Shown: piece after piece, positions 25,247 to 35,820 of the stretch
Layout: each line of letters opens with the position of its first letter
Position numbering within the stretch: position 1 is the first letter of the stretch
Assembly (NCBI GenBank): GCA_003280965.1
Contig: QCDI01000001.1
Location: 160,001-224,000, forward strand
Source: Prochlorococcus sp. AG-355-B18
Lineage (GTDB): Bacteria > Cyanobacteriota > Cyanobacteriia > PCC-6307 > Cyanobiaceae
Direction: 5' to 3'
Length of the DNA: 64,000 bases
Made by a program: the position numbers and the translations under genes
The notes under the pieces: generated by a model
The model's input: the letters and a program-made list of their open reading frames with translations, nothing else
Databases searched by the model: none
What the model was told of the DNA's origin: nothing

Positions 25247-25666
25247 ATGGAAAATCAAGAAAAATACATTAACTTATCAAAATTAGTTGAAAAGTTGAAG
25301 AAATCAGAAGATCCAAGAAGAAAATATGAATACATTTTGTGGTTAGGAAAAAAATTGAAAGAACCAGATAGTAAGATCCTGATTGCAGAAAATAAGGTTA
25401 AGGGATGCGTTTCAGAAGTTTTTGTTAAGGCAACTATAAAAGCCGGTAAATTATTTTGGGAAGGATATTCTGATGCTCTCATAACAAAAGGTTTGTTAGC
25501 ATTTCTGATTAATGGATTAAATGAGTTAACACCAAATGAAGTCATTGAAATAGATAAGAAATTTATAGAAGATACTGGTTTGAAAGCAAGCTTAACACCT
25601 TCACGATCAAATGGTTTTTTAAACATATTATTGAAAATGCAGTCTCAAGCAAATGAATTTTTGTAG
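25247..25666 (+). CDS. sufE: Fe-S assembly sulfur acceptor SufE
   Basis: VKGCVS, SDALITKG, LTPSRSNG. Confidence 0.92.
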   Translation: MENQEKYINLSKLVEKLKKSEDPRRKYEYILWLGKKLKEPDSKILIAENKVKGCVSEVFVKATIKAGKLFWEGYSDALITKGLLAFLINGLNELTPNEVIEIDKKFIEDTGLKASLTPSRSNGFLNILLKMQSQANEFL

Positions 25667-25707
25667 GTCTAATAATATAAAATTAAACTCAAAGTAAAAA
25701 ATAAAAA

Positions 25708-27009
25708 ATGAGAAAATGCAAAATCGGCATCGTAGGTTTTGGAACTGTAGGTTCAGGGGTATATAAAATATTAAGTTCTGAATGTGATTCACATCCAATT
25801 CTAAAAGAAATAGAAATTGCAAAAATAGCAGTTAAAGACCTAAGTAAAAAGAGGGATATTGGACTAGATAATAATTTATTAACAGATGATCCATTTGAAT
25901 TAATTAATGACTCCTCCATCGATGTAATTGTTGAAGTAATGGGAGGGGTTGACTTGGCGAAAGATATTATTCTGCGATCATTTAAATCAGGTAAATCTGT
26001 TGTTACAGCAAATAAAGCAGTTATTGCAAGATATGGCGAAGAAATATACAAAACTGCAGCAAAAGAAGGAGTTTACATATTGTCAGAGGCAGCAGTCTGC
26101 GGAGGGATTCCAATAATTGAACCATTAAAAAGATCATTAAAAAGTAACAGTATAAAAAAGATGGTTGGGATAATAAATGGCACAACAAATTTTATTCTTT
26201 CAAAGATGGCAAATGAAAAAGCTGATTATGAGGAAACATTAAAAATGTCTCAAAGCCTTGGGTATGCAGAATTAGATCCCACGGCAGATGTTGAGGGACA
26301 TGACGCTGCTGATAAGATTTCTATCCTTAGTGAACTCGCATTTGGAGGGAAAATTAAGAGGGATGAAATATATTCAGAGGGCATAAGTAACATAAATTTA
26401 AAGGATATCGAATATGCGAATAAATTAGGATTTGAAATAAAACTTTTGGCTCTTTCCGAAAGGCAACAAATTAATAGTAATGATTCACTTGCTTTGAATA
26501 TTTGGGTAGGCCCTTCATTGATTCCAAAATCTCATCCACTAGCAACAGTTATGGGAGTTAATAATGCATTATTGATAGAGGCTGATCCTCTTGGAGAAAT
26601 AATGTTGTATGGTCCAGGTGCGGGGAGTGGTCCAACTGCTGCATCAGTAGTATCAGATATATTAAATCTGCATGCTACTTCAGAAAAAAATAATAATTCA
26701 ATCGATCCATTATTATCTTTTGATTTCTGGAGAAACTGTCATATCATAGAATCTTCTGAAATAAATAAAAAAAATTACCTTAGAATTATTTGTCTTGATA
26801 GTCCAGGCGTAATAGGAAAAATTGGAGATATCTTCGGAAATAATAATGTATCAATAGAATCAATTGTTCAACTAGATGCAACTGAGGATAAAGCGGAAAT
26901 TGTTGTTATAACTCATGAGGTGAATAATGGAAGTTTTGAGAAATCGAAAGATGAAATAAATTCGCTTAGTGAAGTCAAAATTATTGCTAGTCAATTAAGT
27001 TGTATTTAG
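25708..27009 (+). CDS. hom: Homoserine dehydrogenase with ACT domain
   Basis: GFGTVG, TANK, NGTTNFIL, DPTADVEG, GPGAG. Confidence 0.94.
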   Translation: MRKCKIGIVGFGTVGSGVYKILSSECDSHPILKEIEIAKIAVKDLSKKRDIGLDNNLLTDDPFELINDSSIDVIVEVMGGVDLAKDIILRSFKSGKSVVTANKAVIARYGEEIYKTAAKEGVYILSEAAVCGGIPIIEPLKRSLKSNSIKKMVGIINGTTNFILSKMANEKADYEETLKMSQSLGYAELDPTADVEGHDAADKISILSELAFGGKIKRDEIYSEGISNINLKDIEYANKLGFEIKLLALSERQQINSNDSLALNIWVGPSLIPKSHPLATVMGVNNALLIEADPLGEIMLYGPGAGSGPTAASVVSDILNLHATSEKNNNSIDPLLSFDFWRNCHIIESSEINKKNYLRIICLDSPGVIGKIGDIFGNNNVSIESIVQLDATEDKAEIVVITHEVNNGSFEKSKDEINSLSEVKIIASQLSCI

Positions 27010-27080
27010 AAAAATAATTTGCAAATATCCTCATAGCTTGTTAAACCGAAGAAAGTAAGTATTTGGTTTTAGCACTTTCA

Positions 27081-27332
27081 ATGATTCCTTCAAAACTATT
27101 AGATAATAAAAATGAAAAAAAAAGTTCAATTTTTTCTAAGAATCTTTATAAAGGTGCTTGTGTAAAAATTAAAAATAGTAATAAGACCTTTCAAGTAATT
27201 GGTATAAATATAGATAAAAAAATTTGTTGGGTGAGAGAGTGGCCTTTTGCCTTCAATTCTAAAAAAACTTTTGCTTTAGAAATAAGTCAAATAACCTTGC
27301 AAATTTATTGCTCAAATCAATATTCAGAATAA
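27081..27332 (+). CDS. Hypothetical protein
   Basis: ATG at 27081; FQVIG...CWVREWP small beta-domain pattern. Confidence 0.6.
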   Translation: MIPSKLLDNKNEKKSSIFSKNLYKGACVKIKNSNKTFQVIGINIDKKICWVREWPFAFNSKKTFALEISQITLQIYCSNQYSE

Positions 27333-27349
27333 TTTAGTAATTAAGCAAT

Positions 27350-28921
27350 ATGAAAAAAAAAGGATTTTTATCAATTTTTATTATTTTAATTTCTTTGTTA
27401 CTGAACTCTTGTGGCTCAAAAAGAATATCTAAAAAAATCATAGTTGCAAGTTCTGGAAAAATTGAATCTTTAGATCCGGCAAAAGCTAATACTCTTAAAG
27501 CAATTCAATTAATAAGCTCTTTGGGAGACACGTTGTATGAATTAAATTCAAACGGAGAATTAATACCTGAATTGGCATCAGGGATGCCAATTCTTTCAAA
27601 GGATAGACTTAAAATAGTTATCAATTTAAGAAAAAATGTTTTTTTTCACGATGGAACTTCATTTAACTCAAATGCAATAAAATTTACTTTTGATAGATTC
27701 AAAAGAATTGGAACCATGAATTATATTTTGGGAAATAAGATTAAATCAATAGAAACTCCAAGTGAATATTCAGTAATAATAAATTTAAATAAACCATCAA
27801 GTTCCATAAATGGTTTGCTCACATCAGTTAATCTAACGCCAATATCTCCTACATTTTATCAAGAATATTCTGATAAGTTTTTAAATGAAAAATTCGTTGG
27901 CACCGGCAAGTATGTCCTTTCTAGTTTTTCAAATGAAGTTCAATCAATTAATCCAAATTTGAATTATTGGGGTGAAAAGCCCTTAAATGAGGGCATTGAT
28001 TTTGTGGGATATTCAAATTCATCATCTCTTTTTGGGGCTTTAAAAAGTAAACAAATTGATGTGCTCTTATCAAATTCAATTGATGATAGTCAGAGAAAAA
28101 GTCTAAATAATTTAAGTAAAAATAAACAGTTTAAAGAAGGTAATAGCCCTTTCACTGAATTAAGTTTTATAAGCCTTAAAACTAGTTCTTATCCCTTAAA
28201 TAATCTTAATCTTAGATTGGCTTTGGCAAAAAGTCTTAATAGAAAATTAATTAGTGAGAAAGTAAGTTATGGATTAAGGAAACCATCTAGATCAATTATT
28301 CCTCCGATATTAAAAAAAGATAATCAAGCACTGTGGCCTAAATATGATTATTTAGAAGCAAGAAGGTTATTGCAAAACGAAAATTATTGTAATGGAAATA
28401 TTCTGAAAATACCTCTTACTTATAGATCTAATGTGCCAGCTGACAAGCTTATTGCCCTGACATGGCAGCAAGAAATTAAAAATTCTTTGAAAGATTGTAT
28501 TAATATTGAACTCAATGGGGTTGAATCTACAACAGTTTATAAGAATCTAAGTTTAGGAATTTATACGGCAGTTATTCTCGATTGGACCGGAGCTTATTCA
28601 GATCCAGAAGCATATCTTAACCCCCTTTTAAGTTGTAATGAAATAGTTGATGGCATATGTAATAAAGGAGAATCAGTTTACAGCGGTAGTTTTTGGGGAT
28701 CTAATAAAGTGGAAAGTTTATTTCTTGAAAGTGAAAAAATAACTGGAATTAAAAGATTAGAAAAACTTGTTGAAATTGAAAAAATAGCGGCAGATTCAAT
28801 CCCTTATATTCCTATATGGATATCATCTCAAAAAGCATGGTCTCAAAATAAAATATCAAAACCTATTTTTAATGGTGCAGGAATAATTTCATTGAGTGAT
28901 CTAAAGTTAATTGATGAGTAG
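27350..28921 (+). CDS. Peptide/nickel ABC transporter substrate-binding lipoprotein (family 5)
   Basis: Lipobox LLNSC, SLDP, FHDGT, GTGKY. Confidence 0.88.
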   Translation: MKKKGFLSIFIILISLLLNSCGSKRISKKIIVASSGKIESLDPAKANTLKAIQLISSLGDTLYELNSNGELIPELASGMPILSKDRLKIVINLRKNVFFHDGTSFNSNAIKFTFDRFKRIGTMNYILGNKIKSIETPSEYSVIINLNKPSSSINGLLTSVNLTPISPTFYQEYSDKFLNEKFVGTGKYVLSSFSNEVQSINPNLNYWGEKPLNEGIDFVGYSNSSSLFGALKSKQIDVLLSNSIDDSQRKSLNNLSKNKQFKEGNSPFTELSFISLKTSSYPLNNLNLRLALAKSLNRKLISEKVSYGLRKPSRSIIPPILKKDNQALWPKYDYLEARRLLQNENYCNGNILKIPLTYRSNVPADKLIALTWQQEIKNSLKDCINIELNGVESTTVYKNLSLGIYTAVILDWTGAYSDPEAYLNPLLSCNEIVDGICNKGESVYSGSFWGSNKVESLFLESEKITGIKRLEKLVEIEKIAADSIPYIPIWISSQKAWSQNKISKPIFNGAGIISLSDLKLIDE

Positions 28922-29936
28922 AAATTTAAATAAATTACTAAATTATTCCTTAATAAAAATTTCATTAATACCAATAATGTTATGGATAATTTCTTCATTA
29001 GTATTTATTTTATTGAGAGTTGCTCCCGGCGACCCTGTCGATGCAATACTTGGATCTGGTGCCGATGAAGTTTCAAGGGAATTTCTTAGAAATAAATTAG
29101 GGCTAAATGAACCTCTAATAAATCAGTATTTTACATATATTAAAAATATATTGTACTTAGATTTTGGCCAATCTCTTAGTACCCAAGAGCCAGTCCTAAA
29201 TATTATTCTTAAGTCATTGCCAGCAAGTCTTGAGCTTGGATTCTTTTCAATGTTAAGTGCCATACTAATAGGATTCCCATTAGGTTTAATTGGCTTAAGA
29301 AATAGAGGTAAAAAGACTGATTATATTACAAGAATATTAGGAATTGCTACATATGCGACCCCTCCTTTTTGGGGTGCGATGTTAGCGCAATTACTATTTT
29401 CTGTATTCTTTAATATTTTCCCAATTGGGGGTAGATTTCCAATATTTCAGCAGCAACCTCAAATTACAGGTTTTCTTGTTTTAGATAGTATTCTTTCAAA
29501 TAATATTACTGCCTTAAAAGATTCCCTTTATCATCTCGCACTTCCTTCCATTACACTAGGCTTCCTTTTGAGTGGTATATTCAGTCGCTCATTAAGAGTA
29601 AATTTGGATAAAACATTAAAAAGTGATTACGTTAATGCTGCTATATGTAGAGGGATATCGAAAAAAAAAATCTTTTTAAATCATGCTTTACCTAATGCTC
29701 TATTGCCAATTATCACTATTTCTGGATTGACTATGGCGTCATTAGCAGGAGGTGCTCTATTGTTCGAAGTAACTTTTTCATGGCCAGGTATTGCTTTAAG
29801 ATTACATGAAGCAATTTCTCAAAGAGACTATACCTTAGTTCAAGGGATTGTAATTTTTACCTCTATGCTTATAGTTTCTTTAAATCTCTTTGTTGATATA
29901 TTAATTGCCTATTTAGATCCACGTATAGAGTACTAA
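28911..29936 (+). CDS. Peptide ABC transporter permease (DppB/OppB-like)
   Basis: APGDP, HALPNALLP, EVTFSWPG, RDY. Confidence 0.9.
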   Translation: MMSRNLNKLLNYSLIKISLIPIMLWIISSLVFILLRVAPGDPVDAILGSGADEVSREFLRNKLGLNEPLINQYFTYIKNILYLDFGQSLSTQEPVLNIILKSLPASLELGFFSMLSAILIGFPLGLIGLRNRGKKTDYITRILGIATYATPPFWGAMLAQLLFSVFFNIFPIGGRFPIFQQQPQITGFLVLDSILSNNITALKDSLYHLALPSITLGFLLSGIFSRSLRVNLDKTLKSDYVNAAICRGISKKKIFLNHALPNALLPIITISGLTMASLAGGALLFEVTFSWPGIALRLHEAISQRDYTLVQGIVIFTSMLIVSLNLFVDILIAYLDPRIEY

Positions 29937-31483
29937 TTTTTGGAAACTTCTTTTATAGTTTCAAGATCTAAAAGATGGAAATTAAGTCCCAAATCTTTTT
30001 GGTTTTTAATTACTCTAGTAACCTCTTGGTCCCTAATATTTTCTAAAAATCTGACTAAAAATTTAGCAGATAAATCTTGTACTAAAATTGGATTTGAACC
30101 AATAAAAGATTCACTTATTTTGAAGACGTCATTATTTTCTTCATAACTATTATTAATTCTTATTGGAGAAAAATGACTTGCTCCCTCTATAATTAGGAAT
30201 CTATTTGATGGATTATTTAAAGCAGAAAAAACTCTGAATTGTTCATTTATTAACGGTGTAATAAGGTCATATGTACCGCCTATTAGAAGCGTTGGTGTTT
30301 TAATGCCGGAACTATTTTCTTTTGGCCATACTAAACTGCCAAAGGTATTAAATCCTATTATTGCACTTGCCTTATTAGCATTATTTTTCTCAGAGAATGG
30401 AATTTCGCTTATTTGACATTGAAGCAGTTTTGATAAATTTGTGACTGCGAAATCTTTGAATGCCGAATCACATCTTTCCTCAAGTTGAACAGTTGGTTTA
30501 TTACCTTCATATAAAAGTGCTATTAAAGCACCAAGTGAATGCCCCATTAAGATATAAGAATTATTAGGTATACCAAATTCCCCATTCTCATGAGATTTTA
30601 ATACAGCTTCTAAATCTTTAATTCTATATAAAAAAAAGTCTGCACTTCCTGGAATTGATTGTCCTTCCTCGAGTACTTCAGTGATTGCTTTTAAATTACT
30701 TCCTCTATGGTCTATAAATACTATTGGCCAACCCCTTTTAATTAGTGCGTTTCCTATCCACTTAAAATTGTTAATTTCGCCTCCAAGTCCAGGCATAAAA
30801 ATTATTAGTTCTTTGTTGTGATTTGTTTTATTACTTTTCCATAATTCAACTTCAAGAGGTTTTACTCGGTGAGAAGCATAAATTTTTTTATTTATCTTTG
30901 TAAATTCAGATATATAATTATCATCACTTTTTTTAGGTGTTTCATCATTAATTTTTTCAAGATTATTTAATTTCGAAATAAGATTTTGTTGCATTGCTAA
31001 TTCGTTTTTCCATGATGAAATTATTAAAATTAAATTATCAAGATCTAATGAAATTTCTTCTGAAGGTATTGCCTTTATGATGTCTAAAGTTGAAACTTCT
31101 TTTTTCTCCTCTAGTAAATTTTCTATAGTGTTATAAATTTCGATTCCATTATTGTCATTTGGAACTTTAATAGTTTTGCTTAATTCTGTAAGAATATTAC
31201 GACCTATCCAACTTCTAAGTACTTTTCTATTTAAACCCTCTTCTTTGAATACTGGAAATTCTAAAAATTTTGATAATTCAAAAATTTTAATTAATCCATT
31301 ATTTTTTAACCAATCTATTAATTCTGTTGAGTCATCTTCGTATTTTTCTAATTTTGATAATTGTTCTATAGTAAAAGGTATCTTCATCTCTTCAAAATTA
31401 ATATTTATCTTTTCAGCCGCCTTTGAACCATTATTAAAAAATAATCCACAAAAACCTAAAAATATTATAAAAATGTATTTCAC
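29933..31483 (-). CDS. Exported alpha/beta hydrolase (DUF1400 type)
   Basis: Signal peptide; GHSLGA nucleophile elbow; GASHFS. Confidence 0.8.
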   Translation of the reverse strand: MKYIFIIFLGFCGLFFNNGSKAAEKININFEEMKIPFTIEQLSKLEKYEDDSTELIDWLKNNGLIKIFELSKFLEFPVFKEEGLNRKVLRSWIGRNILTELSKTIKVPNDNNGIEIYNTIENLLEEKKEVSTLDIIKAIPSEEISLDLDNLILIISSWKNELAMQQNLISKLNNLEKINDETPKKSDDNYISEFTKINKKIYASHRVKPLEVELWKSNKTNHNKELIIFMPGLGGEINNFKWIGNALIKRGWPIVFIDHRGSNLKAITEVLEEGQSIPGSADFFLYRIKDLEAVLKSHENGEFGIPNNSYILMGHSLGALIALLYEGNKPTVQLEERCDSAFKDFAVTNLSKLLQCQISEIPFSEKNNANKASAIIGFNTFGSLVWPKENSSGIKTPTLLIGGTYDLITPLINEQFRVFSALNNPSNRFLIIEGASHFSPIRINNSYEENNDVFKISESFIGSNPILVQDLSAKFLVRFLENIRDQEVTRVIKNQKDLGLNFHLLDLETIKEVSKN

Positions 31484-31485
31484 TC

Positions 31486-32715
31486 GTGATTAGTCCAAAT
31501 AGTTTTCAAATTAGCAAAAATTGGTGGATGCAATTCCCTTATCCTTTGCGGCTATTAACCAAAATAAGATTTTATGCTGCATTTGGAGCAGGAGGTGTTA
31601 TTTATTTAACATCCCTCATTTTTAATAATATTGGATTATCTGCAACAGATATAGGTTTGGGGTTTACCATATCAGCAATAATAGGTACATTAACGAGATT
31701 TTTTACAGGTAATTATCTAAATAAAAAAGGGAAAATACAATTTCCATTAATTGCTTCATCAATACTAAGTATTACTGCAAGCTTATTTCTCATTTTTTCA
31801 AGAGAAACTTATTTTTACATAATTGGACAATCATTTGTTGGTGCGGCTGCAGGCATATATTGGCCTGCAGCAGAATTCGGGGTGCCTTATTTTTGCTATC
31901 CCATAGATACAAGAAAAGCTTATTCCCTTGTTAGGAGTTCGGAGGCTTTAGGAATATTTTTAGGAGTATTTTTGGGCGGGTTTATGACAAATTATTTATA
32001 CTCAAAATCAATTTTTATAAATGATATATTTTGTATGTTTGTTATTACTAATTTAATTTCGACAAATAATTTTTCTATTAAAAGAAACCTAGAAAATTTC
32101 CAAAAAGAGTCAGTAAATACACTTAAACAGAGACAATTGAAATGGAATAAAAATTCCAAAATAATTATTTTATCTATTTTGTTAATAACTACTTCTTTAG
32201 CTTTGATTCAAGTAACTTTGCCTTTAGATCTTGTTAAAGGTGGAGTAATCCGGAATGAATTAAGTAAAGAAATTACTAGTCTTATAATTTCTATTCAGTT
32301 AATTTTGTTGTTGTTTTTACAATGGCCTGTAGGTTCTTGGATATCAAAGAAAGGTAGATTATTTGGATTGAAATTTAGTTTAATAAACTTCTCTTTAGCT
32401 TCATTTTTATTATTTATATCTAGTTATTTAAATATTACAGCTTTTTATTTGATTTCTTTTTCATTGATATTAGTTAGTTTAGGTACTGCTTCATTTCTTC
32501 CAACTTCAACAGATGTTGTTTTCAGAATAGCGCCTTCAAATAAAAAAGGTTTTGCACTTGCGTTATTGTCACAGTGTTTCGCTATGGGTTATTTTTTTGG
32601 ACCATTTATTTCGGGACGTGTATTAGACCTATTTGGTTTCGCTTCAATAATATGGCTTTCTATCTCATGTTGCTGCTTTGTTGTATTTACAATTTTATTT
32701 AGAAGATTATTTTAA
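31486..32715 (+). CDS. MFS transporter
   Basis: About 12 hydrophobic segments arranged in two halves. Confidence 0.8.
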   Translation: MISPNSFQISKNWWMQFPYPLRLLTKIRFYAAFGAGGVIYLTSLIFNNIGLSATDIGLGFTISAIIGTLTRFFTGNYLNKKGKIQFPLIASSILSITASLFLIFSRETYFYIIGQSFVGAAAGIYWPAAEFGVPYFCYPIDTRKAYSLVRSSEALGIFLGVFLGGFMTNYLYSKSIFINDIFCMFVITNLISTNNFSIKRNLENFQKESVNTLKQRQLKWNKNSKIIILSILLITTSLALIQVTLPLDLVKGGVIRNELSKEITSLIISIQLILLLFLQWPVGSWISKKGRLFGLKFSLINFSLASFLLFISSYLNITAFYLISFSLILVSLGTASFLPTSTDVVFRIAPSNKKGFALALLSQCFAMGYFFGPFISGRVLDLFGFASIIWLSISCCCFVVFTILFRRLF

Positions 32716-33083
32716 TTAATCTTTTCTAATTCAATAATTCTTCTCTCTCTTAGAAATAAGAAAAAAGGTGCAGAGAATGCAAATGCAATAAGAAAAGTGC
32801 CAATGTAAACAACCCACATATTCTTTATATTCAATTTTTTTGCTTCATTTACTATCCATATAAAAATAGCGCTTGCACCTACTAACAAGTCTCTAGAAAT
32901 TGACTGAGCTGCAGGGTTGGCATTTGCTAAGGAAATGAAGTTGTTGATATCAAAACTATTTCCATATTCTCTAGCAAATTCGAAATTTGCCATCATTGGA
33001 AGGACCGCACCTAAAATAGATAGGAAAAGGTAAAGATAAGATAGGATCTGTTTATTATCTTTTAAAATGTTAAATGAATTCAC
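32712..33083 (-). CDS. DUF2834-like membrane protein
   Basis: ANPAAQSISRDL and PFFLFLRE pattern. Confidence 0.7.
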   Translation of the reverse strand: MNSFNILKDNKQILSYLYLFLSILGAVLPMMANFEFAREYGNSFDINNFISLANANPAAQSISRDLLVGASAIFIWIVNEAKKLNIKNMWVVYIGTFLIAFAFSAPFFLFLRERRIIELEKIN

Positions 33084-33124
33084 TTGTCAAAAATATTTCT
33101 TTTAATAATAGTATTTAAAAGCTT

Positions 33125-33994
33125 ATGGCTGTTGAAAAGAATAATTCACTTGAAGACTATAAATTTAAAAAAGGGAATTTAAATTTAGCTGTTGTTGGTC
33201 ACGTTGAGTGGATAAATTTCTTAAAGGTCGATCAATTACCAAAACCTGGAGTTATTTCTCATTCTGAAAAGTCGCTTGAATATCCAGCTGGTGGAGGATC
33301 TATCATAGCGAAAACACTTTCTGAACTAACTTTAAATCAAATTCATTTTTTTACAGCTTTAGGTAATGATGATTATGGAGATAGATGCTTCAAAATTCTT
33401 TCAAATATGGGAATAAAGTTACATGTTGCATGGCGTGACAAACCTACTAGAAGAGGATTTAGCATGATTGATTCTCAAGGCGAGAGAGCAATAACAGTTA
33501 TTGGGGAAAGGTTAGCTCCAAATTATAGAGATAACTTAGACTGGGATATTTTAAAAAAAATGGATGGAATATTTATCACTGCATCTGATTCGGAGATTTT
33601 TAAAATGGCTAGATCAGCTTCAATACTTTGTACAACTCCAAGAGTGGGAATAAATACTATTAATAAATCGAATGTTAGTCTGGATGGATTAATAGGTAGT
33701 AATCTTGATCCTGGCGAAAAGTTTTCTTTTTCTGAATTATTAGTAAAGCCCAAATACACTATTAAAACTGAGGGTGAGAAGGGGGGCATAATATTCCCAG
33801 GAGGAAGATATGAGGCTCTTAAAAATAAAGAAAGAAAGGTTGATTCTTATGGATGTGGTGACTCTTTCGCTGCCGGTATTCTTTATGGAATGGCATCTAA
33901 TTGGAATATAGATAAAAGCTTAAATCTTGCTAAAGTAATAGGAAGAGACTCTAGTGAATTTTTCGGCCCATATGCAAATAGTGATGAAAAATAA
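33125..33994 (+). CDS. PfkB family carbohydrate kinase
   Basis: AGGG, DSYGCGDSFAAG anion-hole motif. Confidence 0.88.
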   Translation: MAVEKNNSLEDYKFKKGNLNLAVVGHVEWINFLKVDQLPKPGVISHSEKSLEYPAGGGSIIAKTLSELTLNQIHFFTALGNDDYGDRCFKILSNMGIKLHVAWRDKPTRRGFSMIDSQGERAITVIGERLAPNYRDNLDWDILKKMDGIFITASDSEIFKMARSASILCTTPRVGINTINKSNVSLDGLIGSNLDPGEKFSFSELLVKPKYTIKTEGEKGGIIFPGGRYEALKNKERKVDSYGCGDSFAAGILYGMASNWNIDKSLNLAKVIGRDSSEFFGPYANSDEK

Positions 33995-34010
33995 TTGATT
34001 TAAAACTTTT

Positions 34011-34202
34011 ATGACCAACTTAAATAATAAAAATAAAAATATTCTTGTAGAAAACCTTATTGTTTTCTTTATATTTACTGTTGTTTTAGTTTTTAAATCT
34101 TTGAAAACTTTGTCTAGGATTTTTACTTATGGAATCTTAAAAAAAGAAATATTAACTACTAAAAGTAACTTAGGTGTAGATATAAAAATAAAAATTAAAT
34201 AG
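34011..34202 (+). CDS. Hypothetical protein
   Basis: 63-aa ORF with one TM segment, tightly packed after pfkB. Confidence 0.5.
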   Translation: MTNLNNKNKNILVENLIVFFIFTVVLVFKSLKTLSRIFTYGILKKEILTTKSNLGVDIKIKIK

Positions 34203-34205
34203 GTA

Positions 34206-34559
34206 ATGAATATATTTGTAGTTTTTCTAATTTTAGGAGTTATGTTTTTTGTCTATAAAAAAATTAAATCTAAAAAACCAAAGAACTTAAAGTTAGATAA
34301 ATTTAAAAATAAACTTCTGAGCACGCAAACAAATATTGAAAGAATTTTTTTAAGAGAGGAAGAAAAAACTTTTTCCAACCCAAATATAAATATCTATATT
34401 GGAATCTACGATAGTGAAGATAATATAAATAGAAAATCCAATATACACAGAGCAAGACTTTCAAAATTTAAGAAATCCAAATTAAATGGTGAAATGATAT
34501 TTCAAGACGATGAACAAAGGATTTATAAATTTAATAATGGCAAGAAAGTTTATTTATGA
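34206..34559 (+). CDS. Hypothetical protein with N-terminal membrane anchor
   Basis: 117-aa ORF in an apparent operon. Confidence 0.65.
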   Translation: MNIFVVFLILGVMFFVYKKIKSKKPKNLKLDKFKNKLLSTQTNIERIFLREEEKTFSNPNINIYIGIYDSEDNINRKSNIHRARLSKFKKSKLNGEMIFQDDEQRIYKFNNGKKVYL

Positions 34560-34569
34560 ATTTGACTTT

Positions 34570-35103
34570 CTAACTACACTCAAGACTTTCTCTTGTTGAA
34601 ACTCCTGTTGTTGGATTAATACCATCAGCAATTTCACAAAGATTTCTTTGGTCTTCACTGTCAAGAATGGCATAAGAGAAATCTGCTCCTTCTATTTGAG
34701 CTCCTGCAAAACTGCTGCCTGATGCGATCATATTTATTAAAACAGCATTTCTAAGATCTGTTTTTTGGAAATTAACTCTATCAGAAAGAGTATCGGTCAG
34801 GTCGATTCCATTTAAATTAGAACCTTTTAAATCAGATAGGGTTAATGTAGTTCCATGTAAATCAACATCACTAAAATCTGCGTCTCTCGCGACTGCACCA
34901 GCTATAGAAGACAAATGAAGATCCTCTCCATGGAAATCAAATCCTGTAATATTAGATCTTACATAACTTGGCACTTCATCTCCCTCTCCCTTAACAGCAA
35001 CATTCGCACCAGCAAAAACTGGAGAGGATAAAACTAAGAAAGAAAAAGTTATGCATAAAAAATATCTTAAAAACCTAAAAAATTTCATACCAAAAAAGCT
35101 CAA
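34570..35103 (-). CDS. Exported/lumenal pentapeptide repeat protein
   Basis: Signal peptide, A(D/N)(F/L)xx repeats, C-terminal [14 protein letters not shown]. Confidence 0.9.
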   Translation of the reverse strand: MSFFGMKFFRFLRYFLCITFSFLVLSSPVFAGANVAVKGEGDEVPSYVRSNITGFDFHGEDLHLSSIAGAVARDADFSDVDLHGTTLTLSDLKGSNLNGIDLTDTLSDRVNFQKTDLRNAVLINMIASGSSFAGAQIEGADFSYAILDSEDQRNLCEIADGINPTTGVSTRESLECS

Positions 35104-35172
35104 TATTTTTATTTTATAACAATTAGATAATTTTTTTAAATTGATATATAAATTTAGAACTCCTTTTTAAGA

Positions 35173-35694
35173 TTATTTAACACTATAAATTTTAAATCTA
35201 GGCTCTAAATTAGTTATACAATCTAGGAGTTTTTTGTTATCTTTGCTATTCGTAACCTTGAATTCAGATTCTACTGTGCCGCTTTTATCTCTTATTGCTT
35301 GATTTAAAACTATAGAACCGTTTTCGTCAGAGACTGATCTATGAAATGTTCCTCTAGGTATTCTTAAAATATATCCGCAAGACTCTAATCTAACTTTATA
35401 AAAAGGATAATCCCACCCAAAATTAACAAGAAAAAATGTTCTTCCCCCTGAGATAGCTAATAAATTATCTTCTTGTTTATGGTGTATGTAAAATTGCCAA
35501 TTATTAAATTCGTCTTCATTTGGCGGACTAACTGCGGGCCCGCTGTGTATAACAAGATCTCTGTAATTTGATTCATTAACACTAATATCAAAAAATCTAA
35601 CATCTTTTGTATCGCGAAATTTTTCATAACTTATCAATTCAAACATTTTTGATTTGTTCGGTTTGATAACTGGAATTTCTAAACTTGAGTTCAA
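35173..35694 (-). CDS. Cupin-fold hypothetical protein
   Basis: FYIHHKQED...IPRGTFHRS cupin-like metal motifs. Confidence 0.7.
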   Translation of the reverse strand: MNSSLEIPVIKPNKSKMFELISYEKFRDTKDVRFFDISVNESNYRDLVIHSGPAVSPPNEDEFNNWQFYIHHKQEDNLLAISGGRTFFLVNFGWDYPFYKVRLESCGYILRIPRGTFHRSVSDENGSIVLNQAIRDKSGTVESEFKVTNSKDNKKLLDCITNLEPRFKIYSVK

Positions 35695-35820
35695 TTTTCT
35701 TTAAAGATTAAACAAATGAAAACAGATATATATATTCAATAACGTATCAATTAACACTAAAAAAGAAACATATTTTTAATTATCTATTTCCTTAAGTTTA
35801 AAAGGTCAAAAATTTAGTGT

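Noticed and set aside
25255..26051. Long antisense ORFs (123 and 120 aa) opposite sufE and hom
   Set aside because: Mirror frames of conserved genes
35744..35757. GTG-N8-TAC NtcA-like variant upstream of the cupin gene
   Set aside because: One mismatch and no -10 element at the expected spacing; plausible by chance
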